Assembly (NCBI GenBank): GCA_021811925.1
Contig: JAKAPY010000003.1
Location: forward strand, 1 to 33,869
DNA length: 33,869 nucleotides
Direction: 5' to 3'
Source: Thermoplasmata archaeon
GTDB lineage: Archaea > Thermoplasmatota > Thermoplasmata > Sysuiplasmatales > Sysuiplasmataceae
Shown here: one piece after another, positions 17,529 through 26,620 of the stretch
Layout of the letters: every line of letters starts with the position of its first letter
Position numbering within the stretch: position 1 is the first letter of the stretch
Made by a program: the position numbers and the translations under genes
The notes under the pieces: model-generated
Databases searched by the model: none
What the model was told of the DNA's origin: nothing
What the model saw: the letters and a program-made list of their open reading frames with translations, nothing else

Positions 17529-18800
17529 CGTTGTCTGGAATCTTGCCCTTGCGTTCTTGTATGAGCTGAGGAGTTCGTCGTCGACCAGCAATTCCCTCGT
17601 CTCGTTCAGAGGCACGGCCAGCTCAATTTCCTTGGTTCTGCCGCCCCTTCCGAATGAACGAACCCTCGCCCTGACGATGCCCAGCATGTCCAGCTCGGAA
17701 ATGAGATCCCCGATCCTCCGCTGTGTTAGGGGCTGGGCACCTATCGAGTTGCACAGGTTGTGATATGTTGCGTATATGTCGCCCGTGGTCATTATGCGCC
17801 TCTTTTCCGAATAGATTATCATGGAGAGAAGGAGCATCTTGGACTGCGAAGGGAGCGTCTTGACAGTTTCGGTGACGGTGTCAAGCTCGATCTTGTTCTT
17901 TGCCCTCATAACATCCCCGGTCTCAACAGACCGCCTTCCGTCCCTCTCGGCCGACTCTGCCGCCACACGCAGCAGCTCAAGCGCTCGGCGTGCATCCCCG
18001 TGTTCCTGCGCGGCGATCGCAGCGCACAATGGAATGACATCGTCGTTGAGCGCTCCGGGCACGAACACAAGGTCCGCCCTCAGGCGCAGAATATCGGTAA
18101 GCTCCATGGCATCGTACGGGGAGAAGACTATCCTTTCCTCCCCAAGGCGGCTCTTGACCCTGGCATCCAGAAAATCGGTGAATTTCAGGTCGTTCGCTAT
18201 GCCAACGATCGATACCTTCGAATTGCTTAGATCGTCATTGACCCTCGAAAGGCTGTAGAGAAGGTCGTCACCCGTTTTGTAAACGAGCCTGTCCAGCTCA
18301 TCGAGCACTACAATGAGAAGCCTCTTCTGTTTGTCGACCATGTCCTTGAAAAGAGAAAGAACTCTCTCAATGCTCCAGCCGTTGTATGGTGCCCTTTCTT
18401 CGGGGTTGGTAATAAATTTGTTGGCCATGTGCTGAAGCACACTGTAGTTTGTATCGACTTCGCAGCAGTTGACGTAAATGAAATCTATGCTTGTACTCGC
18501 CGTGCTGACACGTGATGCTTCATTTGCGATGAATTTGACAGTAGCCGTCTTTCCTGTACCTGTCTTCCCGAATATCAGCACGTTTGAAGGCCTGTCCCCC
18601 CTGAGACCGGTGGAGACAATGGCTGCGAGCTGATCTATCTCCTTTTCCCTGTGCGGAAGAACCTTGGGTATGTACGAAGGGCGCAACATTTCTCTGTCGC
18701 TTTTGAATATAGCGTCGGAAGCGATGTATTTGTCAAAAACATTCGTCTGAAGCGGTATTCTCAGGGTTTCGGTCTCGTGGACGACCTTCTGTTCACTCAT
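17520..18800 (-). CDS. cdc6: Orc1/Cdc6 replication initiator
   Basis: LPHRE, GKTGTGKT, LDELD, GDARRAL and a C-terminal winged helix (SFGRGGRT). Confidence 0.97.
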   Translation of the reverse strand: MSEQKVVHETETLRIPLQTNVFDKYIASDAIFKSDREMLRPSYIPKVLPHREKEIDQLAAIVSTGLRGDRPSNVLIFGKTGTGKTATVKFIANEASRVSTASTSIDFIYVNCCEVDTNYSVLQHMANKFITNPEERAPYNGWSIERVLSLFKDMVDKQKRLLIVVLDELDRLVYKTGDDLLYSLSRVNDDLSNSKVSIVGIANDLKFTDFLDARVKSRLGEERIVFSPYDAMELTDILRLRADLVFVPGALNDDVIPLCAAIAAQEHGDARRALELLRVAAESAERDGRRSVETGDVMRAKNKIELDTVTETVKTLPSQSKMLLLSMIIYSEKRRIMTTGDIYATYHNLCNSIGAQPLTQRRIGDLISELDMLGIVRARVRSFGRGGRTKEIELAVPLNETRELLVDDELLSSYKNARARFQTTLI

Positions 18801-19089
18801 GTAAAATCAATGCTCCTTGGGAGAGAAATTGGAGGGTAAAGGACGGGTAGAAGCAGGGTCATACTAAAACGTTTTTTTTATTTTCAGCGTTGACTAAAAC
18901 TCGGAACCTCGTACGCAAGGCCTCCCATGCGATAGAGTGCATGGAAGACACTGCCGTTAAGCAACGCCGAAAGGCGGCGGAAAGCGGTTACTGCAACTCC
19001 GAGAAAGAAAAGACAATTAATCGTCTGCATCATCACAGACGAGAATTTCAGGAGTGCATTGACCAAATACAGGACCATGCGCTTTTACC

Positions 19090-19335
19090 AGATTGTTCTC
19101 CGGGGAAGTGCAAAGGGAGAGGTTGGATATAGAGTCCTTCATTTCCACTGGAGCTATGTCTTGTTGGGAGCGCGATCAGGCAAAGTGCTGAGCGCCAGAA
19201 TAGGAGGCATTCGTTTGCCCTTATGGATGATATAAACGCTAAAAAAAGACGTGCTACAATTTCAGCTCATATTGTCTATTCTCTCTACAGTCATGTTTCC
19301 AGAAGAAATTCTACAGTGGAAACAATGGACTCCCT
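19090..19335. other. Probable replication origin (oriC) with inverted ORB elements
   Basis: TCCAGTGGAAATGAAGGA on minus (19152-19135), TACAGTGGAAACAATGGA on plus (19312-19329), mini-ORB-like TTTCCAGAAGAAAT (19296-19309), an AT-rich tract between them, and position upstream of cdc6. Confidence 0.82.
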
Positions 19336-19716
19336 CTACATCTTAAACTGTTTCTTCTTTTCGATTACCAGTTCCTCGTATTTACGTGGCAGGACCCAGG
19401 CAAGATATTCAATATCATCCAAATTCTTTACGAATTTCGCTTTGCTGTCTATCTTCAGGAAGTGCATCAGCTCAAATGTCTTCCTCACCGAGTCGTAAAG
19501 CCACCAGCCTCCCGAAATCAGAAGAATCGGTCCAACAACCAGGTACCAGTAGATCCAGTTGCCTGACCCTTTTATAGCGGGCTGGAAAACAAGGAGGATA
19601 TCAGGAAGCTTTGGCAGGAAAACACCTACCGAACCAATGAATGTCACGAGTATGCCCACTGCCAACATCACTGTAGACAGTTCGAACCTGTATTCCCTGG
19701 TGAAAGCTTTAGCCAT
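19336..19716 (-). CDS. Small 2-TM membrane protein (DUF3198-like)
   Basis: Two TMs, then SKAKFVKNLDDIEYLAWVLP; family assignment from memory. Confidence 0.7.
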   Translation of the reverse strand: MAKAFTREYRFELSTVMLAVGILVTFIGSVGVFLPKLPDILLVFQPAIKGSGNWIYWYLVVGPILLISGGWWLYDSVRKTFELMHFLKIDSKAKFVKNLDDIEYLAWVLPRKYEELVIEKKKQFKM

Positions 19717-19883
19717 GAACCTGCCCCTTTCCGGATGGCCCATCCCGAAGGCAAGCAGCCTGGCAGCCACTAGGAATAAACCGTATATAAATCATTCATC
19801 GGCCGGGTCCGTGAAAGGAAATTCTGCACAAACAATAATATCCGGGGTGCATTCGATTCCGGGCATTGAGGTCATTTGAACGG

Positions 19884-21263
19884 ATGACAACATACATCGG
19901 TGTCGACGATACAGATTCTCCGGACGGGATGTGCACAACCTATCTGCTCACTGAAATTATCAGGGAGCTTGATTTTCCAGTTCTCCTCGGGTATCCAAGG
20001 CTGGTCAGACTGAACCCGAACATACCATGGAAAACAAGGGGAAACGGCGCCCTTTCTATTGCCCTTTCAGGCAACCGTGGCAGTGCATTCAAGATAGGCG
20101 AAATTAGCGGCAGGGAAATCCTATCTTCAAACGAGCCTTCCGATCATGAAGAAAATGCAGACGAAATGCTCGAGAGGGTCTCTTCTGTAATAGAGAGGCT
20201 CGCACAGTTCGGTGAGGACAACACCAACCCCGGGCTGGTCATATCACACAACAGGCCCGACTCAGGTTTCTACTGGGATGCAGTCAGGGGAGTAGTCAAC
20301 AGAGATCAGGCGAAGAATGTGCTTTCCAGGGCAGGCGGAACTGCCCGGACCTGGAAGAACGGTAGGGGGCTGATAGGAGCTACGGCCTCCATATCCTGGG
20401 TGCCGCGGGGAAGGTCATTCGAGATCATAGCATACAGGGAGAGGGAAAGATGGGGAACCACCCGCCAGCTGGACGCCAGTGATGTTTCGGGCCTCAGCTC
20501 CAGGTTCCCGACGACCTTCAGCAATTATGACGAATCGAACAGGCACACATGCATTGTCCCTTCCTCCCCCTGCCCTGTGCTCTTTGGAATCAGGGGCTGG
20601 GACAGTTCTGTTCTGGAGGAGGCAATGCTTTCCATCAGAAGCGAACCCAGGGACAGGTGGCTGGTCTTCGAGACCAACCAGGGTACTGACGATCACATCA
20701 CAGTCCCGCAGGGCATGCTCGAACTCTTTCATTCCTACATGCTCAATGGCACAGTATCATCCGCACCAGTGACAATCCGGGGTGGTCATGTCTTCTTTGA
20801 CCTTGAGACGCATCAGGACAGGCTTGCCTGCGCTGCCTTTGAGGAGACAAAGGAACTGAGAAAGGTCGTGACCAGGCTGATTCCCGGCGACAGGATAACC
20901 GTGTGGGGCGGCCTCAAGCCAGGGCCTTTCGGCCCTTGTCTCAATCTTGAGAAGCTTGCTGTCAATGCGCTTGCTGTCAGGCGCGTCAAGAAGGCAAACC
21001 CAAGATGCGATGTATGTGGAAAGCCGATGCAATCCGCCGGGAAGGACAGCGGCTACAGATGCAGGAAGTGCCATACAAAGTCCGGAAGCGCCATATACGA
21101 GTCGGTGGAAAGGCAGATACAAGAAGGGTTGTATGGTGTGGCGGCTTCCTCAAGGAGGCACATTTCCAGACCGCCCGAGTGGTCATTTTCCACTTCTCCT
21201 GGGCACTCCACGGAACTGACAAATGCAAGGCAAGCTAATACCTGTCAGGGAAACCCTATCTAG
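19884..21263 (+). CDS. tiaS: tRNA(Ile2) 2-agmatinylcytidine synthetase
   Basis: GVDDTDS..GMCTTY, LVRLNPNIPWKTRGN, PVLFGIRG, TNQGTDDH, OB fold, and CDVC/CRKC zinc ribbon. Confidence 0.96.
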   Translation: MTTYIGVDDTDSPDGMCTTYLLTEIIRELDFPVLLGYPRLVRLNPNIPWKTRGNGALSIALSGNRGSAFKIGEISGREILSSNEPSDHEENADEMLERVSSVIERLAQFGEDNTNPGLVISHNRPDSGFYWDAVRGVVNRDQAKNVLSRAGGTARTWKNGRGLIGATASISWVPRGRSFEIIAYRERERWGTTRQLDASDVSGLSSRFPTTFSNYDESNRHTCIVPSSPCPVLFGIRGWDSSVLEEAMLSIRSEPRDRWLVFETNQGTDDHITVPQGMLELFHSYMLNGTVSSAPVTIRGGHVFFDLETHQDRLACAAFEETKELRKVVTRLIPGDRITVWGGLKPGPFGPCLNLEKLAVNALAVRRVKKANPRCDVCGKPMQSAGKDSGYRCRKCHTKSGSAIYESVERQIQEGLYGVAASSRRHISRPPEWSFSTSPGHSTELTNARQANTCQGNPI

Positions 21264-21307
21264 GAATAGAAACTAAACTTCGTATGAGGTGACTTGAAAC
21301 GAAGGCT

Positions 21308-22486
21308 TTGGATGAAGCTGTAATCGTATCTGCCGTGAGGACACCGATTGGCAAGTTTGGCGGCGCTTTCAGGAAGACCTCCGCGGTCGAGCTGGGCACC
21401 GCAGCGGTGAAGGCAGCGATAGTACGTGCGGGAATATCTCCCGGCGACGTGAGGGAAGTCATACTTGGAAACGTCCTTTCCTCGGGTCTCGGTCAGTCAC
21501 CTGCCAGGCAGTGCGCTGTTGGGGCGGGAGTCCCGTACGGTGTGGGTGCATTCAGTGTGAACAAGGTTTGTGGTTCGGGGCTGAAAGCGCTGATGCTTGC
21601 GGCAAACTCAGTCAGGCTTGGTGAACATGAAGTAGTAGTTGCAGGCGGTATTGAAAATATGAGCATGTCCCCTTACATATCCAAGCAGACGAGGTGGGGG
21701 AACAAGTACGGTGACATACTTTTCATAGACTCGATGATACAAGACGGCCTGTGGGATGCATACAACAATATTCACATGATGATAACAGGGGAGATTGTCG
21801 CCGAACGCTTCAACGTTACAAGGGAGCAGGCGGATAAATTTGCATACAGGAGTCACAAGAGGGCCGCCGAAGCGACCAGCGAGGGACTCTTCAAGGAGGA
21901 AATCGCTTCCGTCACTGCAAAGGCGGGCAAAGAACGAGCCGTTGTGTCGAAGGATGAGGGGCCAAGGGCAGATACAACGCTTGCAAGGCTAGGGCAGCTC
22001 GAGGCGAAATTCAAGAAAGGAGGCATTTGCACCGCAGGAAATTCATCACAGTTGAGCGATGGTGCATCCGCCATGGTGGTCATGTCGTCAAAAAGCGCCG
22101 AGGCACTCGGAGCGAAGCCTATCGCAAGAATACTTGATTACAACACAGGCGGCACTCGGCCGGAATGGGTTATGGAGGCACCCATTGAGACAACAAGGGA
22201 ACTGCTAAAGAGAAACAGTCTGCACGTTGAGGATGTCGACCTTTTTGAGCACAACGAGGCTTATGCAACAGCATCCGTCGCAGTCATGGAGTCTTTGGGC
22301 ATCAAGGAGGAAAGGTTCAACATCAACGGCGGGGCAGTCGCACTTGGTCATCCTCTTGGTGCAAGCGGCGCACGCATAACAACAACCCTGATACACAACC
22401 TGAAGAGAAAAGGAAAGAAGAAGGGCGTTGCCACACTTTGTCTTGGCGGCGGCAATGCGGTAGCAATGCTGTTGGAGTCGATGTGA
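21308..22486 (+). CDS. Acetyl-CoA C-acyltransferase (thiolase)
   Basis: RTPIG, NKVCGSG, NEAY (variant of NEAF), GHPLGASG and CLGGG motifs. Confidence 0.96.
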   Translation: MDEAVIVSAVRTPIGKFGGAFRKTSAVELGTAAVKAAIVRAGISPGDVREVILGNVLSSGLGQSPARQCAVGAGVPYGVGAFSVNKVCGSGLKALMLAANSVRLGEHEVVVAGGIENMSMSPYISKQTRWGNKYGDILFIDSMIQDGLWDAYNNIHMMITGEIVAERFNVTREQADKFAYRSHKRAAEATSEGLFKEEIASVTAKAGKERAVVSKDEGPRADTTLARLGQLEAKFKKGGICTAGNSSQLSDGASAMVVMSSKSAEALGAKPIARILDYNTGGTRPEWVMEAPIETTRELLKRNSLHVEDVDLFEHNEAYATASVAVMESLGIKEERFNINGGAVALGHPLGASGARITTTLIHNLKRKGKKKGVATLCLGGGNAVAMLLESM

Positions 22487-23331
22487 TTTTGACGAGAATG
22501 GGAGTCCTTGGCCTCGGTACCATGGGAAGTGGAATCGCCCAGACTGCCCTCGAGTCGGGCATTGAGGTCTTTGCCGTCGAGCTGAATGATGAGCTGCTGT
22601 CAAAGGGTGCAGCAAGAGTGAAGGATGGGCTTGAGAGAAGGGTCAGGTCTGGCAAGCTCAGCAGCGGCAAATCATCATCTCTGCTGTCGTCACTTAGCCT
22701 CTCCACAGATATTTCATCCTTCAGGAATTGTGACATAATTGTAGAAGCTGTGTTCGAAAACGCCGAAACCAAGTCCAGCGCACTCGCTTCTATAGGGAGG
22801 ATTGCGGGCGAAGGGACAATAGTCGCCTCAAATACCTCGTCAATTTCCATCACACTGCTTTCCAAGGGCCTGAAATACCCCGGGAACTTCATAGGAATGC
22901 ACTTCTTCAATCCCGTCCCCGTCATGAAACTGCTTGAACTTGTGAGAGGATATCTCACGACCAACGAGACAGTGGAGAAGGCAAAATCAATTGGAGAGAA
23001 GATGGGGAAGGAAGTTGTCGAGGTCAGGGATTATCCAGGTTTTGTTTCAAACCGTGTGTTGATGCCCATGATCAATGAAGCAGCCTTTGCCCTGATGGAG
23101 GGTATAGCCCGAAAGGAGGACATAGACAGGGTGATGAAGCTCGGGATGAATCACCCGATGGGGCCGCTGGAGCTTGCGGACTTCATAGGTGTTGATGTCT
23201 GCCTGGATATTATGAATGTCCTGTATTCGGGTTTCAAGGATCCTAAGTACAGGCCATGCCCCCTTCTGGTCAATATGGTAAATGCAGGTAGAACGGGAAG
23301 AAAGTCAGGAGAGGGCTTTTACAAGTATTAG
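22483..23331 (+). CDS. hbd: 3-hydroxyacyl(butyryl)-CoA dehydrogenase
   Basis: GLGTMGSG, EAVFE, SNTSS, GMHFFNP and HPMGPLELAD motifs; GTG start overlapping the thiolase stop. Confidence 0.94.
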   Translation: MILTRMGVLGLGTMGSGIAQTALESGIEVFAVELNDELLSKGAARVKDGLERRVRSGKLSSGKSSSLLSSLSLSTDISSFRNCDIIVEAVFENAETKSSALASIGRIAGEGTIVASNTSSISITLLSKGLKYPGNFIGMHFFNPVPVMKLLELVRGYLTTNETVEKAKSIGEKMGKEVVEVRDYPGFVSNRVLMPMINEAAFALMEGIARKEDIDRVMKLGMNHPMGPLELADFIGVDVCLDIMNVLYSGFKDPKYRPCPLLVNMVNAGRTGRKSGEGFYKY

Positions 23332-23340
23332 GGACAATGC

Positions 23341-24588
23341 ATGATGAAACGTGAACAGGCCAGCACTCTTGCAGTCACGTCCGTCGCACATTTCATCAAC
23401 GACGGGCAGTCGGCAATACTCCCGCTCATGTTTCCCCTTCTGGCATATTTCGTCACATCCGGCCTTCTGATAGCTGTCATAGCGACTGTCTTCTACATAT
23501 TCTCCTCATTCGCCTCGCCTTATGCGACCGCCATGGCGGAAAGGAGCGGGAACATGGGGAAGTGGATGGGAATAGGCATGCTGATACTCGCTGCCGGAAC
23601 AATTGGCATGGGACTTGCAATAGCGCCTTCTCATGCGTTCCCGGCCGCTTCCTATGTCCTGATCCTTGTATTTGCCTCGGTAGCCGGATTTGGCTCGAGC
23701 TTCTACCATCCAATAGGCGCCAGCCTGATCCAGCTCTCGTTTGAAGAAAACGTGCAGGGAATCGCCCTGGGCACGAATGGAACACTGGGAAGTCTTGGGA
23801 GAGCACTATTCACTACAATATCTGCTGCCGTATTCACATTCCTTGCCATTGGCCATGACAATTACTTTGCCCTTGTCTACGGCATGGCAATACTCGGCTT
23901 CGCTGGTCTGGTCTTATCTATTCTGGTCATTATGTACTTCAGCAGCGTGAAGTATGCATCCTTCGCCAGAAAGAGGACAGCGAAGAAGCGTGTGAGTCTC
24001 GGTCCGGTGATCAGAAGGACTTGGCTGCTCATACTGATAACAGTGGTCCGCAACATACAGTCTACCGGCGCCTTCATCTTCCTCACCACGTACATACTTT
24101 CGCGGGGGCTGCTCAGTTACGGCGTTGGCCTCGGGTTCGTCTATACCCTCATGCTGGCAGGCCCGGTCGTCGGTCAGCCCATATTTGGAAGGATGTCTGA
24201 CCTGCTTGGTAGAAAGACTAGCCTCTTCGTCACGTCGGTGGGTTCCGGCCTGTTCATGATTCTCTTTTTGCTCACAAGCTCACTTTTCCCTTACTCGCTT
24301 GTCTTCCTGGCCCTTTTCGGGACGTTTGCGTTCACCGGTTTCCCAATACTGCTTCCAATAGCCTATGCCCAGCTCCCACCAGAAAGCAGGGCAACGGGCA
24401 ACGGCGTGATGTGGGCTGCAATTGGCAGCGGGTCTGCAGCCGGCCCCATCATAACAAGGTTTCTCGCCGAAGGGAGCCTTGCAGGAAGCCTGTACGCATC
24501 GTTTGCGATTCTCTCCGCGTGTGTAATCGCAGTTTCATTTCTTTCCTTTGCCGTCAGAATAAACGAGAACAACGGAACGGCGGCATGA
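23341..24588 (+). CDS. MFS transporter (Fsr-like)
   Basis: About 12 TMs; HFIND, SFYHP and GRMSDLLGRK motifs. Confidence 0.92.
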   Translation: MMKREQASTLAVTSVAHFINDGQSAILPLMFPLLAYFVTSGLLIAVIATVFYIFSSFASPYATAMAERSGNMGKWMGIGMLILAAGTIGMGLAIAPSHAFPAASYVLILVFASVAGFGSSFYHPIGASLIQLSFEENVQGIALGTNGTLGSLGRALFTTISAAVFTFLAIGHDNYFALVYGMAILGFAGLVLSILVIMYFSSVKYASFARKRTAKKRVSLGPVIRRTWLLILITVVRNIQSTGAFIFLTTYILSRGLLSYGVGLGFVYTLMLAGPVVGQPIFGRMSDLLGRKTSLFVTSVGSGLFMILFLLTSSLFPYSLVFLALFGTFAFTGFPILLPIAYAQLPPESRATGNGVMWAAIGSGSAAGPIITRFLAEGSLAGSLYASFAILSACVIAVSFLSFAVRINENNGTAA

Positions 24589-24599
24589 AAGACCGCCTC

Positions 24600-25280
24600 T
24601 CAAAGGCTGAGCTGTTCGGCAAGCATGTTTGCCATTTTCTTCTCTATCATTCTGAAATGATAGCTAAGCGTGCTCTTTGGCAGCTTCAGCTCCTTGCTCA
24701 GACTGCTCAGTGACATTTTCCTTGGCCAGTTGAAGAAACCGCCTTCAGAAGCTGCCCTGAAGAGCATCAAGTCCATGTCAGACAGATTGTTGATTATCTT
24801 CAGTGCATGAAGCTCGTAGAATACAGAAGGATATTCCTGGAAGAATTCCTGCTGTGTAATGTTCTTCAGCGAGACAACAGTCGTGTACTTGTCGTTTATC
24901 TGGATCGCAGTGGGTCCTTCGGTTGCACTGCTGATGAAGAACCATCTCTCCACTCCCCTGTGGACCACCACAGGGTGTATCCTGAAACCGTTCAGGCCGA
25001 GCTTCAAAAACATAGAAGTTGCAATTGTTTCATAGAATGCGGTAGCAATGCCGTTCTTCTTCGAAAGAAGGCTGAAATTGTTTACCCTCCTGTGACGTGA
25101 GAAATATGTAAGCGCCCTGTCAAGCTCGACCCTGTCGACAGAGTAGAATATCGAGAACATCTTCTGCCTCCCCTCAATAAGCTGTGTATTCATTATCAGA
25201 ATGTAGGTATTCTCAAACTTTCTGCTCACGTCTATGTGCGGGCAGTCGGATTGAGTGACAGCAATTTCAGTCAGGACCAT
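24600..25280 (-). CDS. HTH-10 (bacterio-opsin activator-like) transcriptional regulator
   Basis: N-terminal DCPH; C-terminal GFFNWPRKMSLSSLSKELKLPKSTLSYHFRMIEKK. Confidence 0.88.
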   Translation of the reverse strand: MVLTEIAVTQSDCPHIDVSRKFENTYILIMNTQLIEGRQKMFSIFYSVDRVELDRALTYFSRHRRVNNFSLLSKKNGIATAFYETIATSMFLKLGLNGFRIHPVVVHRGVERWFFISSATEGPTAIQINDKYTTVVSLKNITQQEFFQEYPSVFYELHALKIINNLSDMDLMLFRAASEGGFFNWPRKMSLSSLSKELKLPKSTLSYHFRMIEKKMANMLAEQLSL

Positions 25281-25305
25281 GTAGTGGCTTAACAGCCAAA
25301 AGCAA

Positions 25306-25353
25306 TATTAACCTTTTTAAAAAAAGTTGAACACGTTCCAAAAAAGGTAATTA
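25306..25353. promoter_or_regulatory. Symmetric divergent BRE/TATA promoters with a palindrome between them
   Basis: AAAAAGGTTAATA on minus (25318-25306), AAAAAGGTAATTA on plus (25341-25353), GAACACGTTC at 25329-25338. Confidence 0.6.
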
Positions 25354-25408
25354 GTGTGCCGGGCGTATTGATGGTGCACATCTTTATCGACAATCAGGAG
25401 AAATCTGA

Positions 25409-26620
25409 ATGACTCAAAGTTTGGCAAAGCATACAGGCTCGCATTCACGCAAGGAAGCCAAGGATATACATCGTGTTGAAATAAACTACCGGGGGATTTT
25501 CCAGAAGAGGCTCGGATACAATATCTCCCATGACATCGTGTACGCTGCGCATTCCGAGGGGAAGACTGCCTTCTCCAACGGCAGGTACAGCGACGACCCG
25601 CAGAGAAACGGGATACCTTGTGCAAACTTTGCGTTTGTTTCAAAATCGCTCGGTGAAGAAGAGCTGGAGGCAATTGCCAGCGCGAAGATGGACGTTGACG
25701 AGGCAGACCTTGTGCTTGTTCTCGACGATACTCTTGCAAAAGGCCTTGAGCCCTGGGGGCACTATGGTATCAGGCCGATCAACCAGAAGGTTGTTGAAGG
25801 CAGCACAATCCTGTTTGTTTCCAGGCGCAAACCCGAAGAGCTCAAGAAGCTGCTTGAGAAGAAGCCTTTCAAGTACAACCTGGCGGTCCTACCCGGAGAC
25901 AGGAGTTTTGCCGGCCTGTGGTATTACAGGGACGACAACTCGGACATCAGGTTCCTTGGCGCCGTCGCAAGGATAGCGCCTCAAGTTCTCGACATCGAAA
26001 CAGTTGTGAATTACGTGCGCAACAAGTACAAGGACGAAAAGAGGGTCGAGGCGGCAAAGGAGGCATTCGACTCGGTGGTGATAAATGAGGTTACTCCCGA
26101 TGATGGAATGGTCTGGCCTTATGAGAAACCAGTGCTTCCGGCATGGCAGGATTTTGACGAGGGAATCGTGGTAAAAAGCGTCAAGCGCGGGTTCAAGATG
26201 GGTCCAAGGGGTCAGAACAGGAACCCTGATTTCAAGAGAGGGACAAGCAAGACCCAGAGGCCGGTCGTTCGTTTTGATACATGCATAAAGTGCACTCTCT
26301 GCTGGTACGACTGCCCGGACGAGTGCTTCGACCCGACACCAGACGGACTCTTCGATATCAACTATGAATACTGCACCGGATGCGGCAGGTGTGCACAGGT
26401 CTGTCCCGTCAATGACTGCATAGTGATGGTAGACGAACTCAAGTTTGACAACACCAAGAGCCCATGGGAGCAGTACACGAAGAACCCCGAACAGTACGTC
26501 CGGGTGATGGAGGAGAAGAAGGGGCTGACAAGGGAAGTTCCTTCACCCGTCACCGGTAAGGGCGAACAGTTCATTGAGCTGAAGAGCAGCGTTCCGTTCA
26601 AGGCAAAGGGGGTAAAGTAA
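25409..26620 (+). CDS. 2-oxoacid:ferredoxin oxidoreductase gamma-delta fusion (oxalate oxidoreductase delta-like)
   Basis: Gamma-like domain without the GxGGQG loop (YRGIFQK...RYSDDPQR) plus two ferredoxin motifs, CIKCTLCWYDCP and CTGCGRCAQVCP. Confidence 0.88.
   Translation: MTQSLAKHTGSHSRKEAKDIHRVEINYRGIFQKRLGYNISHDIVYAAHSEGKTAFSNGRYSDDPQRNGIPCANFAFVSKSLGEEELEAIASAKMDVDEADLVLVLDDTLAKGLEPWGHYGIRPINQKVVEGSTILFVSRRKPEELKKLLEKKPFKYNLAVLPGDRSFAGLWYYRDDNSDIRFLGAVARIAPQVLDIETVVNYVRNKYKDEKRVEAAKEAFDSVVINEVTPDDGMVWPYEKPVLPAWQDFDEGIVVKSVKRGFKMGPRGQNRNPDFKRGTSKTQRPVVRFDTCIKCTLCWYDCPDECFDPTPDGLFDINYEYCTGCGRCAQVCPVNDCIVMVDELKFDNTKSPWEQYTKNPEQYVRVMEEKKGLTREVPSPVTGKGEQFIELKSSVPFKAKGVK

Noticed and set aside
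18884-19498. Short ORFs 18884-19078, 18890-19132 and 19223-19498 in the origin region
   Set aside because: No convincing SD or motifs; they overlap the origin region or the opposite-strand gene.
19841-19865. TTCGATTCC T-loop-like sequence in the tiaS leader
   Set aside because: No proper T-stem, acceptor stem or cloverleaf; not a tRNA or att site.
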